In this document: piece after piece, positions 1 through 9,950 of the stretch
How positions within the stretch are numbered: position 1 is the first letter of the stretch
Layout of the letters: each line of letters starts with the position of its first letter
NCBI GenBank assembly: GCA_050014495.1
Contig: JBEKDF010000010.1
Location: forward strand, 1-64,000
DNA from: Candidatus Bathyarchaeia archaeon
GTDB lineage: Archaea > Thermoproteota > Bathyarchaeia > TCS64
Direction: 5' to 3'
Length of the DNA stretch: 64,000 nucleotides
Notes under the pieces: generated by a model
What the model saw: the letters and a program-made list of their open reading frames with translations, nothing else
The model's database searches: none
What the model was told of the DNA's origin: nothing
Position numbers and translations under genes: made by a program

Positions 1-85
1 GACAGGAGGGTTCAGGATTGAAGAGGTTATCGAGCTCGACCCCTTCGAAGTGGATCATGCGTTGGCACTAGCTAACCTCGTCTGA
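1..85 (+). CDS. flpA: Fibrillarin-like rRNA 2'-O-methyltransferase, C-terminal end only (truncated by window)
   Basis: Frame 2 reads TGGFRIEEVIELDPFEVDHALALANLV*, resembling the fibrillarin C-terminal LEPY-x-x-DH motif; converges on rnhB. Confidence 0.6.
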   Translation, partial: TGGFRIEEVIELDPFEVDHALALANLV

Positions 86-723
86 GTAGAGTCGAGGCGT
101 ATTCTTTTTACAGGTTCCCAGCTGTGGCGAACAATACTAGGCCAACTACTATGCTCTCTGAACCATGCCTTGAGCCAATCTATCGCCCTTTCGTCGCTCG
201 GATAGCCAGAGTTGAAGTCTCCGTACTCCTCTCGGAGAGTAGCGATTATTGTGTCTCTTCTCACTTTCGCTAGGATGGACGCCGCAGACACTACGGGATA
301 AGTAGAGTCTGCTTTATGCTCACTTATCAGTCGTGGCTTGGCAGGGAGAAGTCGTAGGATCGTCTTGCCATATCTTGCCTCATCCACGTCTGAGGCATCG
401 ACGTATACTTCCTCTGGATCGAGTTCTCTTATTACCCTCGCCATCGCGGCGGCTTCGAGATAGTTAAGCCTCTTCAACTTGATGCCACGGTTTACGACTG
501 AATCAATTGAACCAGGTTGGAGGTCGAAATAGCTGATACGTGTGGCGAGTACCTCGATCTCGGGTGCGAGCTCCTCCCGCCTCTTGGCGGTAAGCTGCTT
601 AGAATCTTTGACTCCGATCTCTACGAGGGCCTCTATATGATTCGATGGAAACAAGGCGCCCGCTACAATTAGTGGACCGATGACGCTGCCCCTGCCCGCC
701 TCGTCGACTCCTGCGACCCTCAT
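55..723 (-). CDS. rnhB: Ribonuclease HII
   Basis: MRVAGVDEAGRGSVIGP, DSKQL, HKAD...VSAASILAKV, SGYPSD motifs; start placed at ATG 723. Confidence 0.95.
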   Translation of the reverse strand: MRVAGVDEAGRGSVIGPLIVAGALFPSNHIEALVEIGVKDSKQLTAKRREELAPEIEVLATRISYFDLQPGSIDSVVNRGIKLKRLNYLEAAAMARVIRELDPEEVYVDASDVDEARYGKTILRLLPAKPRLISEHKADSTYPVVSAASILAKVRRDTIIATLREEYGDFNSGYPSDERAIDWLKAWFREHSSWPSIVRHSWEPVKRIRLDSTQTRLASANA

Positions 724-951
724 GGCTGAGAGATAGGTCAACTTCGATAAAAGGCTGGCCAGTCGAGATAGGGGAGACCTATTCTGTGACCATCTAAACA
801 TAAAGGTCTTCGACTTTAATCTCCCTTGTCCTTAACCAATATTAAAACACTCAAATTGTTCAACATGTCAGCTAAGCTGGTCCACATGAATATAGGAAAC
901 TATTGGCGGGTGCCAAGAGGTTGGGGTTGGCCAGATATTAGAGGATCCTCT

Positions 952-2463
952 TTACTCCTCGTCCATAGTCTTGAGCTCGGTTATGCCCAGCATCTCGAAG
1001 TCTAGTGGGAAGATGGGGCGTCTAATCTTGCTAAACTTAAAGCCACTTAGGCGCGGCGAAGTCAGGCCGGGTGTATCGAGTTCGATAATCTCTTTGGCGA
1101 TTGGCTCGTGGCTGGCTCGGTAGTGAACGCTCGACTTCACGACTATGAACTTCGCCTCGGTCGGTTCTATCCCCTGACTGCGATAGAGTTGGAGGTCTAG
1201 CGGCTGTAGCCTAAGTGATGTGACTATCAAGGAATTGCCTGAGATGCTTAAGACAGCTGTGAGACCCATCTCTGTAAGTGAGCCAGTTCCCATCGGTCCC
1301 TTCACGATCCATTTGCCATCGCTTACACTCTTTACGTACGCCTTGACTCGGATCGACTTTCCATGAAGCCTATCTGTGTGCCCACCGAGGTTGACTTCTA
1401 TCTCCTTTCCTGGTCCGGCCTTGGCTGCCTTCGCTGCGGCGGCCGGGTCCCAGATGACTCCGAAGACCCCTCCGGACAAACCTTCCTCCAGGACTGCCTT
1501 GAGAACAAATGTGCCGTCGCAGGGAGTACCACCACCGGGGTTGTCCCCGATGTCGGCAAGTATTATAGGCCTCTTATCCGTGGCCTTGACTTTCAATAGG
1601 GCTTCCCTAATGGGAATTGGTCTAACGAGGAAGTCCTTCCGGATAGCCCAAGCGAGATCACTGAGTTCCTGGGCGAGGGAGTCGGCGAGCCTCTGATCGT
1701 TGTTTGTTATGACTATAAAGCTCATGCCAGCTTCCTTAATGTCGCTCCAAGGGAAACCTGCGGCAACCGTGACTGCTTCGACGCCGAGAATCTGCTCCAT
1801 CCTATGGGCTTCTTCAAGGAGTTTTTTCATTGGATATTTCCCCGTGAACTGTGACTGAAGAGCAGGAAGCATCGGTGGTTGTCGAAGTGCCCTAGTTGGC
1901 TTCAATTTACCTTCTAGTATCTTGTAAAGTAGATCGACCGACTCCATAGCGCGCTCGTACTCGTCTATATGGGGATAGGTATCATAGCCGACTAGAATGT
2001 CGGCCTCCTTGACCATCTTCTCTGTGTAATTGGCGTGGAGGTCTAAGCTGGCTACCAGAGGCTTCTTCCCTATTATTTTCCTAACTTCACCGAGGACATC
2101 CCCCTCCACGTCGTCGTGTCCCTCGGCGACTGCTGCCCCATGGAGATGAAGAGCAATTGCGTCAAAGGGTTCCGCCGACCTGATACCTTCTAGTATTGAG
2201 CCAAGGATATTCTCGTAGGCCTCTCTAGTAATTGTGCCACTAGGCGTCGCCGATGCATGGATGGTCTCTATGAACTCGAAACCATTCTTCTCGCACCCAT
2301 CGATCAAGCCACCCGCGGCGGTCTTCGTCCCACGAAAGTGAAGTGATATTTCCTCACCGTGGAATAGATGCCTCTTGTGGAACTCGGAGAGGTCTGTCTT
2401 AATATTTGATAGAACGTTCGTCTCGTGGCTGAAGGTGCCAAGCACAATCCTCTTGGTGGTCAT
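952..2463 (-). CDS. M81 family metallopeptidase (MlrC-like)
   Basis: HETN, LHLHGA, DLHAN, TYPHID, DNPGGG, VKSSVHYRA motifs. Confidence 0.9.
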   Translation of the reverse strand: MTTKRIVLGTFSHETNVLSNIKTDLSEFHKRHLFHGEEISLHFRGTKTAAGGLIDGCEKNGFEFIETIHASATPSGTITREAYENILGSILEGIRSAEPFDAIALHLHGAAVAEGHDDVEGDVLGEVRKIIGKKPLVASLDLHANYTEKMVKEADILVGYDTYPHIDEYERAMESVDLLYKILEGKLKPTRALRQPPMLPALQSQFTGKYPMKKLLEEAHRMEQILGVEAVTVAAGFPWSDIKEAGMSFIVITNNDQRLADSLAQELSDLAWAIRKDFLVRPIPIREALLKVKATDKRPIILADIGDNPGGGTPCDGTFVLKAVLEEGLSGGVFGVIWDPAAAAKAAKAGPGKEIEVNLGGHTDRLHGKSIRVKAYVKSVSDGKWIVKGPMGTGSLTEMGLTAVLSISGNSLIVTSLRLQPLDLQLYRSQGIEPTEAKFIVVKSSVHYRASHEPIAKEIIELDTPGLTSPRLSGFKFSKIRRPIFPLDFEMLGITELKTMDEE

Positions 2464-2500
2464 GGAGGAGGATCACCTCGATAAGGGAAAATACTAGCGA

Positions 2501-3052
2501 TCACCTGAAGAATCGGCGAAGGTCGACACTCTTCTCAGGTTTGCCATCGGGGGACTCGAAAATGCCTTCCTGTTTAAGGAGCTTCCTCTTCAGTTCAAGG
2601 CCGCCACCGAAACCGCCTATTCCACCATTTGATGAGACTACGCGGTGGCAGGGGACGACTAGGCCCATTGGATTGTCCCCGACAGCGTTACCTACGGCTC
2701 GAACCGCTTTAGGACGGCCAATCTGCTTTGCAATTCCACCGTAGCTTGTGAGCTTCCCGTAGGGTATAGAGTAAATGGCTTTCCATACATCGATTTGGAA
2801 TGGTGTTCCCCTCATGTCGAACGGACCCTTAAATTTGAGCTTCTCACCCTTGAAATAGTGTTCGAGCTGCGTCTTTAGCTCCTTGAACTTCCTTGGATCT
2901 TCTACGTAATCCGCTCTTATGCGTCTTCTGAGTTCCGAGAGGAAGCCCTCCTTATCATCTGAGAGATGGAATTGGACGAGTCCCTTCTCCGATGCGGCAG
3001 CCCACATCCTTCCGAATGGTGTATCAAATGCAGTATAGTATATTTTCTCCAT
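2501..3052 (-). CDS. ogt: Methylated-DNA--protein-cysteine S-methyltransferase
   Basis: PCHRV active site, RAVG, GTPFQ; start taken at MEKIYY (ORF extends to 3100). Confidence 0.93.
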   Translation of the reverse strand: MEKIYYTAFDTPFGRMWAAASEKGLVQFHLSDDKEGFLSELRRRIRADYVEDPRKFKELKTQLEHYFKGEKLKFKGPFDMRGTPFQIDVWKAIYSIPYGKLTSYGGIAKQIGRPKAVRAVGNAVGDNPMGLVVPCHRVVSSNGGIGGFGGGLELKRKLLKQEGIFESPDGKPEKSVDLRRFFR

Positions 3053-3131
3053 TATATTCACCCTTATACCCTCGGGGTTCCCTATCTCAGTGAATCCCAC
3101 GGCTGGGATAAAACGCTGAGGGTGATAATGT

Positions 3132-3722
3132 TTGAACCATCAAGTGCTAGTTCTTGCCTCAACCTCCCCCCGAAGGATATCATTAATCAAACAGTTGGGA
3201 ATCGACTTTGAGGTCGTAGATCCGGGCGACGCCGAGAACAGCGAGTCAGCTGATCCGATCACACGTGTGAGGGAGAATGCTCTAAGGAAGGCTGAAGCTG
3301 TTTCGTCAAGATATCCAAATCGACTAGTCGTGGCTGCTGATACAATTGTAGTCCTGAACGGAAGAATAATCGAGAAGCCAAAAAGTGTCGAGGATGCCAA
3401 GGAAATGCTTCTAACTCTCACGGGAAAAACACACACAGTAGTTTCAGCGGTAGCTTTGATCATGAAGAAAAAAGGTCTTCAAGATATTAGAACCGAGGAG
3501 ACGAAAGTGAGGATGTGCCGACTAAGCAATGACGAGATCGACGCCTACGTCGCGACGGGTGAACCCATGGACAAAGCGGGCGCATATGCGGCCCAAGGAA
3601 TAGGCGCTGTTATAATCGAGGGCGTGGAGGGCTGCTTCTACAATGTCGTGGGCCTCCCCTTGAGCCTACTTCACGATATGCTCAAATCAGCAGACTTTAA
3701 CACATTAAAGATTAGGAAATAG
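3132..3722 (+). CDS. maf: Maf-family nucleotide pyrophosphatase
   Basis: LASTSPRR, AADTIV, EKP, DKAGAY, NVVGLP. Confidence 0.95.
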   Translation: MNHQVLVLASTSPRRISLIKQLGIDFEVVDPGDAENSESADPITRVRENALRKAEAVSSRYPNRLVVAADTIVVLNGRIIEKPKSVEDAKEMLLTLTGKTHTVVSAVALIMKKKGLQDIRTEETKVRMCRLSNDEIDAYVATGEPMDKAGAYAAQGIGAVIIEGVEGCFYNVVGLPLSLLHDMLKSADFNTLKIRK

Positions 3723-3812
3723 AAACTCTTTGGAAAATCACCGAAAAAGTAGTATTATCTAAGCTGAGGTTCGCCAAAAGACGGGATTTAGAAACAACCG
3801 AGTTTCTCGATT

Positions 3813-3995
3813 TTATGGCTCGACAGTTATGGCTTGTGTTGGGCAGCTATTGACGCACGCCATGCAGGCTATGCAGTCGGTAGCCCGAGTGGGTTCAGAT
3901 TTTTCTCCGACCATGTCATAGACGTTCATAGGGCAGACGTCCACGCATGTGCCCTCTCCATCACACTTGGTCTTATCTACTGTAACTGTAGGCAT
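3813..3995 (-). CDS. Dicluster ferredoxin (probable 3Fe-4S/4Fe-4S)
   Basis: CDGEGTCVDVCP (second Cys replaced by Glu) and CIACMACVNSCP; GGAGAGGTG-like RBS upstream. Confidence 0.92.
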   Translation of the reverse strand: MPTVTVDKTKCDGEGTCVDVCPMNVYDMVGEKSEPTRATDCIACMACVNSCPTQAITVEP

Positions 3996-4103
3996 ATTTA
4001 CACCTCTCCTAACCGGGGGGTCGAGGCTTTAAAACCATTTCCTTGGTGGAAGTACTCCGTACAGTCCTCTTGTACTAGTTTATGTCCTCTAGAATTGACA
4101 TTT

Positions 4104-5060
4104 TTATACTACTCTGTTCCTCGGCTCCTTTCCCTCAAGTACGTCTATGACGCCCTGAGCGACCTGCGTTGCCATCCTTTGCATTGCCTCCAGACTACTG
4201 GCGCCTAGATGGGGAGCGAGGACTACATTATCCATACCTAGAAGGGGGTTGTTGGGTTTCACTGGTTCTTGCTCGAAGACGTCGAGGGCCGCACCCGCTA
4301 CCCTTCCGCTCCTTAGGGCTTCGATGAGGGCGGTTTCGTCGATTATGTTGCCTCTTGCGGTATTCACGATCATTGCACCCCTCTTCATGGAAGCAAGCTC
4401 TCGAGCGCCTATGAGGTGGTGGGTTTCAGGTGCTCTTGGGACGTGTAGGCTCACAATATCGCTAATCTCGAGGAGTTCATGGAGATTCATCCACTCGAGT
4501 CCAAGTTCATGCTCTAGGTCTGGATGGCGGGTCCGGCTCCAGTAAATCAACCTGACATCAAATGCCTTTAGCCGCCTTGCAGTGGCTGCCCCTATCCTAC
4601 CTAGGCCGATGAGACCCACGTTTTTCCTATGGAGTTCTATTCCAATCAGGTCGGTGTACTTCCTGTCCCAACCCCCACTCCTGACAGCTCTATCTGCTAT
4701 TGCTATCCTTCTCGTCAAGGAAAGCATCATCGCAATTGCCATCTCAGCTACGGTTACTGAGAGGGCTTCAGGTGTGTTGAGTACAACTTTTCCCAGTTCC
4801 CTGGCAGCGATTAGATCGACGTGATCGCATCCTATACCGTGGACACCGATGGCTCTGAGGCGGGGGCTAGAGGCCATAATAACGCGGGTTACTCTTATTC
4901 CACCGCGCGTGATGAGGCCATCGGCTTCAGAAGCAATAGCCGATAGGGCATCTTCCTTGCTCCCTAATGGGAGATGAATTATCTTAACCCCCCTGGACTC
5001 GAGGAGCTGTACACCTGCGTAGTTGATGGGCTCTGTGACGACAACTGTCCACTCGGACAA
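4104..5060 (-). CDS. D-2-hydroxyacid dehydrogenase (SerA-like, no ACT domain)
   Basis: GLGRIG, NTARG, LDVFEQEP, PHLGASS. Confidence 0.9.
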   Translation of the reverse strand: MSEWTVVVTEPINYAGVQLLESRGVKIIHLPLGSKEDALSAIASEADGLITRGGIRVTRVIMASSPRLRAIGVHGIGCDHVDLIAARELGKVVLNTPEALSVTVAEMAIAMMLSLTRRIAIADRAVRSGGWDRKYTDLIGIELHRKNVGLIGLGRIGAATARRLKAFDVRLIYWSRTRHPDLEHELGLEWMNLHELLEISDIVSLHVPRAPETHHLIGARELASMKRGAMIVNTARGNIIDETALIEALRSGRVAGAALDVFEQEPVKPNNPLLGMDNVVLAPHLGASSLEAMQRMATQVAQGVIDVLEGKEPRNRVV

Positions 5061-5098
5061 CTTGATCCAAAAAGAATTCGTTGGTCAGGTTAAGAAGG

Positions 5099-6262
5099 TT
5101 AGGAGCGTCCCCTTCCGCGGCGTGTGACCTTCTTTGGCTCGTGTTTTGCCTGCTTGAACTCCTTCTCGAGGGAGGCCATTAAACCGTCGAAGGTTTTCAC
5201 GAGATCGTATCCGGCATTAGACGCTTGGAACTGCTCGGTGGGACTGAGGGCACGCGCCGTCATTTCGTATCGCTCGTTATCGCCTCCTTTATCCGATTTT
5301 TTGATTCTCACCTGTACATCATTGATGTGGGGGTGCATCTTCATGCCAAGGGAGATGACGCGCCTTATCTTCTCCTCGGCGAGGCTCCTCGCGAGGAATT
5401 CCTCGTTCGCCAGACCGACTATGGAGATGGGCATCTCAAGCTCCTCAGAGGGCTCGGCCATGAGAGCGAGGAGTTCCTTTGGCGTCAAGATTCCCAAGAC
5501 CTCCTCATTTTCGTCGATTAGGATGGCCGCGCTCTTCCCCTGATCCCTGAAGCCCCTGGCTATGTCGAGTGCTGAGGCGTTCATCGAAACTGTAAAGGGG
5601 TGCTTGTCCATGATTCCGTCCACGTTTCCGGGGTACTTGGAAACTTTTATGCCGGCCCTCTCCCCAGTCTTTGCCCTTCCGATGCCCTGTGAAAAGTATT
5701 GCACGAGCTCTGCGGCTGTAACGATTCCAGCTAGTTTTCCATCCTTTGTTATTGGTACGTGACTGATTCCTCTATCGAGCATGAGCTTCCTCGCCTCAGC
5801 GACCTTCGCCCCGACCTCGAGCGTGACGGGAGCCATTTTTGCTAGATCTTTCGCAAACGTCTTCTTCAAGTCATTGCAGTCAGCCATTGCACCGACTATG
5901 TCGACCTGTGAAATGATGCCTATTGGCTTCATGTCCTCGACGACAGGGAGGGCCCTCACGTTGATCCTGACAAGCTCGGTTGCAACGCCACGTACCCAGC
6001 TGTCGGCTGTAACAGGAGTCTGCCACTGGGATTTCCAGAGCTTCTCGACTTTTGTCTGCTCTAGAGGCTCGACGCCGAGGAGGTCTCGAATTGTCACCAT
6101 CCCCAGTTTCCCCCCGCCGACGACTATAGCCTCGTAGCGACCCGTCTTTTCGAGCTCGCCTTTTACCTTACTCGCCGTGTCTTCGGGTGTGAAGATGCTG
6201 ATTCGTGTGTTTATGAGTTCAGATATCATAGTCTGCGAAAGTTCCTCGATTGTCTTTGCCAA
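5099..6262 (-). CDS. Four-CBS-domain protein with C-terminal HPF/RaiA-like domain (candidate ribosome hibernation factor)
   Basis: CBS repeats (ALPVVE..IGIISQVD; HVPIT..GIVTAAE; LGILTPKE), then about 105 aa with an HPF-like beta-alpha-beta-beta-beta-alpha pattern (ISIVGL...EEKI...VQVRIKK...YEMTARA...ASNAGYDLVKTFDGLMASLEKE). Confidence 0.75.
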   Translation of the reverse strand: MAKTIEELSQTMISELINTRISIFTPEDTASKVKGELEKTGRYEAIVVGGGKLGMVTIRDLLGVEPLEQTKVEKLWKSQWQTPVTADSWVRGVATELVRINVRALPVVEDMKPIGIISQVDIVGAMADCNDLKKTFAKDLAKMAPVTLEVGAKVAEARKLMLDRGISHVPITKDGKLAGIVTAAELVQYFSQGIGRAKTGERAGIKVSKYPGNVDGIMDKHPFTVSMNASALDIARGFRDQGKSAAILIDENEEVLGILTPKELLALMAEPSEELEMPISIVGLANEEFLARSLAEEKIRRVISLGMKMHPHINDVQVRIKKSDKGGDNERYEMTARALSPTEQFQASNAGYDLVKTFDGLMASLEKEFKQAKHEPKKVTRRGRGRS

Positions 6263-6483
6263 GTAGAATTCCTCAACGATTAATCAGCTTGGCTGGTTAA
6301 ATAGTTGCACTTGCGTGGGTTAATTTATACTAGGATCGCGCGAGAGGTTACCACGATTTGTTCGTGTAAAAGGCAGACGGGTACTAATATTCTGACCGTT
6401 GGCTCAGAATGTGGTGATTTTTAATTATTTGCTCTTAACCCCTGTGAGATCGACTTCAGGGACTTAATAATTAAGGAGGATAC

Positions 6484-7467
6484 CTAGTTTGGTAGGTCCT
6501 TGCCGATCTTCTTCTTTACAGCGAGTTCGTAGACCTTGGCTCCGGTTCCTACATCCTGTATGGCTAAGCCAGTTGCTTTGTAGAGTGTTATTTCGTCGGA
6601 GCTTATTCGCCCCTTCTTATGTCCGGCGACGATCTCACCGATCTCAGCGTAGATGTCCTTCTCAGAAACTGCACCCTCCTCCTTTGGCTTGGCAAAGTCG
6701 CCAACAACGAAGGCCTGCGGCATGAAGTCTACGACAAGCTTGTTAGCCTTCTTTATGACGCTAGTCTCCAGCTCGCGTTTGGTAGCTGTGTCGGCTCCAA
6801 TGGCTGAGACATGTGCGCCCTTCTTGAGCCATTCACCCTTAAGGAAGGGGGTCGGGCTTGGAGTGCATGTGATAATAATGTCGCTGTTCTTCGCAGCTTC
6901 CTCTGCAGATTTGGCTGGGATGAAGTTAACCCCGGGGTACATAGCCTTCATCTCCTTGATGAAGGGCTCAATAGCCTCAGGGATTATGTCATATATCTTG
7001 ACCTTCTTGACTTTGGGGCGGACGAGCATAAGACCCATTATTTGGCTCCTACCCTGAACGCCTAGGCCGCAGATACCAACCTCCGTCACATCCTCCCTAC
7101 TGAGGTATTTGATACCTACTGCACCAGCAGCGCCAGTGCGTAGGGCAGTGATGTAAGTACCATCCATTATTGCGAGAGGGGATCCATTTTCTGGGGTATT
7201 GATCACTATTTTCGCTTGTACAGCAGGTAGATTGTAATTCTTCTTGTTATCTGGATGTACTGTAACGAGCTTTGTACCCGCTGCATTCAAATTCGGCATA
7301 TACGCGGGCATAGCGATGAGTACACCCTTAGGGAAATGAAGGTAGACCCTGGGAGGCATCTCAATAGCCTTATTTCCCATCTCTCGGAAGCCGTTCTCGA
7401 CAGCCTCGAAGGCACTCTTCATATCTAGAACCTGTTTGACATCATCCTGCGTGAGGTAAAGTACCAT
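6484..7467 (-). CDS. ala: Ornithine cyclodeaminase/mu-crystallin family (archaeal alanine dehydrogenase-like)
   Basis: AMPAY, KLVTVHPDN, TALRTGAAG, GLGVQG, AIGAD, TGLAIQD. Confidence 0.88.
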   Translation of the reverse strand: MVLYLTQDDVKQVLDMKSAFEAVENGFREMGNKAIEMPPRVYLHFPKGVLIAMPAYMPNLNAAGTKLVTVHPDNKKNYNLPAVQAKIVINTPENGSPLAIMDGTYITALRTGAAGAVGIKYLSREDVTEVGICGLGVQGRSQIMGLMLVRPKVKKVKIYDIIPEAIEPFIKEMKAMYPGVNFIPAKSAEEAAKNSDIIITCTPSPTPFLKGEWLKKGAHVSAIGADTATKRELETSVIKKANKLVVDFMPQAFVVGDFAKPKEEGAVSEKDIYAEIGEIVAGHKKGRISSDEITLYKATGLAIQDVGTGAKVYELAVKKKIGKDLPN

Positions 7468-7519
7468 GATTATCTCCTAGGAGATAGGCACTCGTATGCC
7501 ATATTAACGATTTTCGAGA

Positions 7520-8281
7520 CTAGGGGGTGAATTTCTCCCCGCCTGTGAAGACACGCTGCAGCTCCGAGTAGAGAACATGGAACCCATCGTTCGTCTTCGC
7601 TGAGACCGCTATGGGGTTGAACTCGACTCCCATCCGCTCAATGATCTCCAACATATCCTGACTCATCTCCTTGTTCATTCCGCTTAGGCGGGCGTCCACC
7701 GCTGCCCTGAGAACATCTGGATCCTCGGCCCAGCTCATCATCTCCTCCAACTCCTTCTCTTTTAGAAGGTCAATCTTACTAAAGACCTGAAACTGAGGAA
7801 GTTGGAATCTGATGTTTATCGCAGATGCCAGGAACATGTTCATGACATAGTTCAAAGGGTCTCGGCAGAAGCCGGCATCAAAGAGGTACACGAGCCCCTT
7901 ATCAGCGTCCGTGAGCTTCTCAGCTACCTGAGCGCCTATATCTCGGAAAGCAAAGAGCTCCATTTGCCCCGGCGTATCAACTATACAAATGTCGGGTGTG
8001 AAGTCCTCGATGTCCTGGCTCACATCTTCCACGACATCCTTTATCATGTCAGTGGCAGCGACTAAGCCACCATTGGGGCCGAGACCGTATTCCTCCATCA
8101 CGTCTTCAACCTTGATGTAATCGCGGATGTCAACATTGGCGGAGTAGGGGAGGCTCGGGGCACCGGGATCCAAATTAACTGCCATGACATCTTCGCGCTG
8201 CATTTCCATCCATCGAGTGAAAGCCGCGGTGAGGCTTGACTTACCGCTTCCGGCGGTCCCCACCATGAATATCATGTGCAC
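7520..8281 (-). CDS. GPN-loop GTPase
   Basis: GTAGSGKS, NLDP, GLGPNGG, DTPGQME, SKID. Confidence 0.95.
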   Translation of the reverse strand: MHMIFMVGTAGSGKSSLTAAFTRWMEMQREDVMAVNLDPGAPSLPYSANVDIRDYIKVEDVMEEYGLGPNGGLVAATDMIKDVVEDVSQDIEDFTPDICIVDTPGQMELFAFRDIGAQVAEKLTDADKGLVYLFDAGFCRDPLNYVMNMFLASAINIRFQLPQFQVFSKIDLLKEKELEEMMSWAEDPDVLRAAVDARLSGMNKEMSQDMLEIIERMGVEFNPIAVSAKTNDGFHVLYSELQRVFTGGEKFTP

Positions 8282-8286
8282 AACGA

Positions 8287-9342
8287 CTACCCCGTCAGGT
8301 CCCTGAAAGCTTTGTACGCGGTGGCGAGGCTTGTGCGCTCTGCTCTCTTGAATGCATAACCACAGATCGGAGAAACAAGACCCTTTGCGCCCTTATCTTT
8401 AGCGATCTTCATACCTCTGATCGCATCGAGGAGTATAGAACCGCCGTTAGGGGCATCCTCACTGCTCAGCTTCAGATCCATAGTGAAGGGTACACCTCCG
8501 AAGTAACGTCCCTTCACCCAAAAGAAGCTATCACGTCCGTTGCCGAGGAAGTCGACGAAATCAGTGGAACCCGAGACTAAAGAAAACTTGTAGGGGAGAT
8601 GCCCTGTGACGGCTGCAGTCTTTATACTCCTTTTCATATCCTTCGTTTTCTCCAGTGTACTGATGGACTCTGCACCGCCTCCGACATCAAGCTGGTAGCT
8701 TTCGTCTATGTGAGCACCACGGCTATGGAGGAATTCGAGAATACCGATATGGAGGGCAGTGGCACCAACCTGATCTAGGAGATCATCACCCGCAATTGGA
8801 AGCTTAGCTACTGTGAATTTTTTCACTAATTCAGTGTCACCAGCGACGTTCGATGGAGTAGTGTTGAGATAGGCGCAATTCGCGTCGATAGCAGCTTTAG
8901 CATATAGCAGGGAGGCTTTATCGCTACCCCCAGAGACCATGTATATGAGCATATCCGCTTTCGCCTTCTGTAGCTCAACAGCAACATCAACGGAATCCAC
9001 CGAAGCCACCTTGATACTACTTAGAGTGCCCTCCACAATGAGGTCAGGGGCTGGACCCATTTTGACAGTCACCTTTAGATTAGGCACGTCGACGACCTTG
9101 GGAGCCTGGTTAGGTTTAGCGAATATAGCTTCTGAGAGATCCTTGCCGACCTTAGCCTCGCTTATGTCGAAGGCGGCGACGTATCTTATGTCGGACGGCT
9201 TATAACCCCCAAGCTCTTGGTGGAGGAGCCCAAGGGGCTCCTTCGCCTTGACGTAGAAGTGTGTTCCCTGTACTAGGCTTGAGCAGAGGTTCCCTGTACC
9301 AGCAATAGCGACCCGTATCTCACCCATGGTTCCACCTGCCAA
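8287..9342 (-). CDS. ino1: myo-inositol-1-phosphate synthase family protein
   Basis: IRVAIAGTGNLCSSLVQG, AAFDI..KVGKDLSEAIF, GDD..QVGAT, EDAPN. Confidence 0.85.
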   Translation of the reverse strand: MAGGTMGEIRVAIAGTGNLCSSLVQGTHFYVKAKEPLGLLHQELGGYKPSDIRYVAAFDISEAKVGKDLSEAIFAKPNQAPKVVDVPNLKVTVKMGPAPDLIVEGTLSSIKVASVDSVDVAVELQKAKADMLIYMVSGGSDKASLLYAKAAIDANCAYLNTTPSNVAGDTELVKKFTVAKLPIAGDDLLDQVGATALHIGILEFLHSRGAHIDESYQLDVGGGAESISTLEKTKDMKRSIKTAAVTGHLPYKFSLVSGSTDFVDFLGNGRDSFFWVKGRYFGGVPFTMDLKLSSEDAPNGGSILLDAIRGMKIAKDKGAKGLVSPICGYAFKRAERTSLATAYKAFRDLTG

Positions 9343-9376
9343 GTGAGGGCGGCTACAGGTATAGAAGTGTAACGTT

Positions 9377-9826
9377 TCAGTTTAGGGACTTCTCCATAGC
9401 GAGGCCGTCCTCGTCCCTGTAGTATCGGGGTAGAATACTGAGGTCAGAGTATCCTCTCTTCCGATAGAGACGCTGGGCGGACCCGTTGCTGACCCTGACC
9501 TCAAGGTAGACAAACTCAGCACCCCGTTCCATGAACCTTCGCTCAAGCTCATCAAGCAGCCTACCCGCAATACCCTTGCGCCTCCACACCTCGGAGACAG
9601 CTATATTCATTACGTGTCCCACCCTGACACCACGCCTCCACTCCATCTCTCCTATAGTGTAGGCGACAACTTCGCCGTCGGATTCAGCTATGAGGAATAG
9701 GTCTGGGGCTCGCCCCTGCATAAGATGGAAGATCGAGCGCGGCCAGGGGTCGGGGTAGCTCCCCACCTCGATCTCGTGGATGGTGCTGAGGTCCGCGGTC
9801 GCCGTGGTTCGTATAATAAGCTCCAA
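9377..9826 (-). CDS. RimI/Ard1-type N-acetyltransferase (GNAT)
   Basis: GHVMNIAV..WRRKGIA, LEVRVSN..AQRLY, RYYRDEDG. Confidence 0.92.
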   Translation of the reverse strand: MELIIRTTATADLSTIHEIEVGSYPDPWPRSIFHLMQGRAPDLFLIAESDGEVVAYTIGEMEWRRGVRVGHVMNIAVSEVWRRKGIAGRLLDELERRFMERGAEFVYLEVRVSNGSAQRLYRKRGYSDLSILPRYYRDEDGLAMEKSLN

Positions 9827-9950
9827 CTCAGCGTGGAGGAGGTCGCAACATTATTTATGGTTTGAGGCAGTTCCAGCTGCGATTTCAAGTTCCTACCAAA
9901 ATACCTCATCAGGTAGCAACTATTTAACGGGGGCGAGGGTACTTCCAAAT

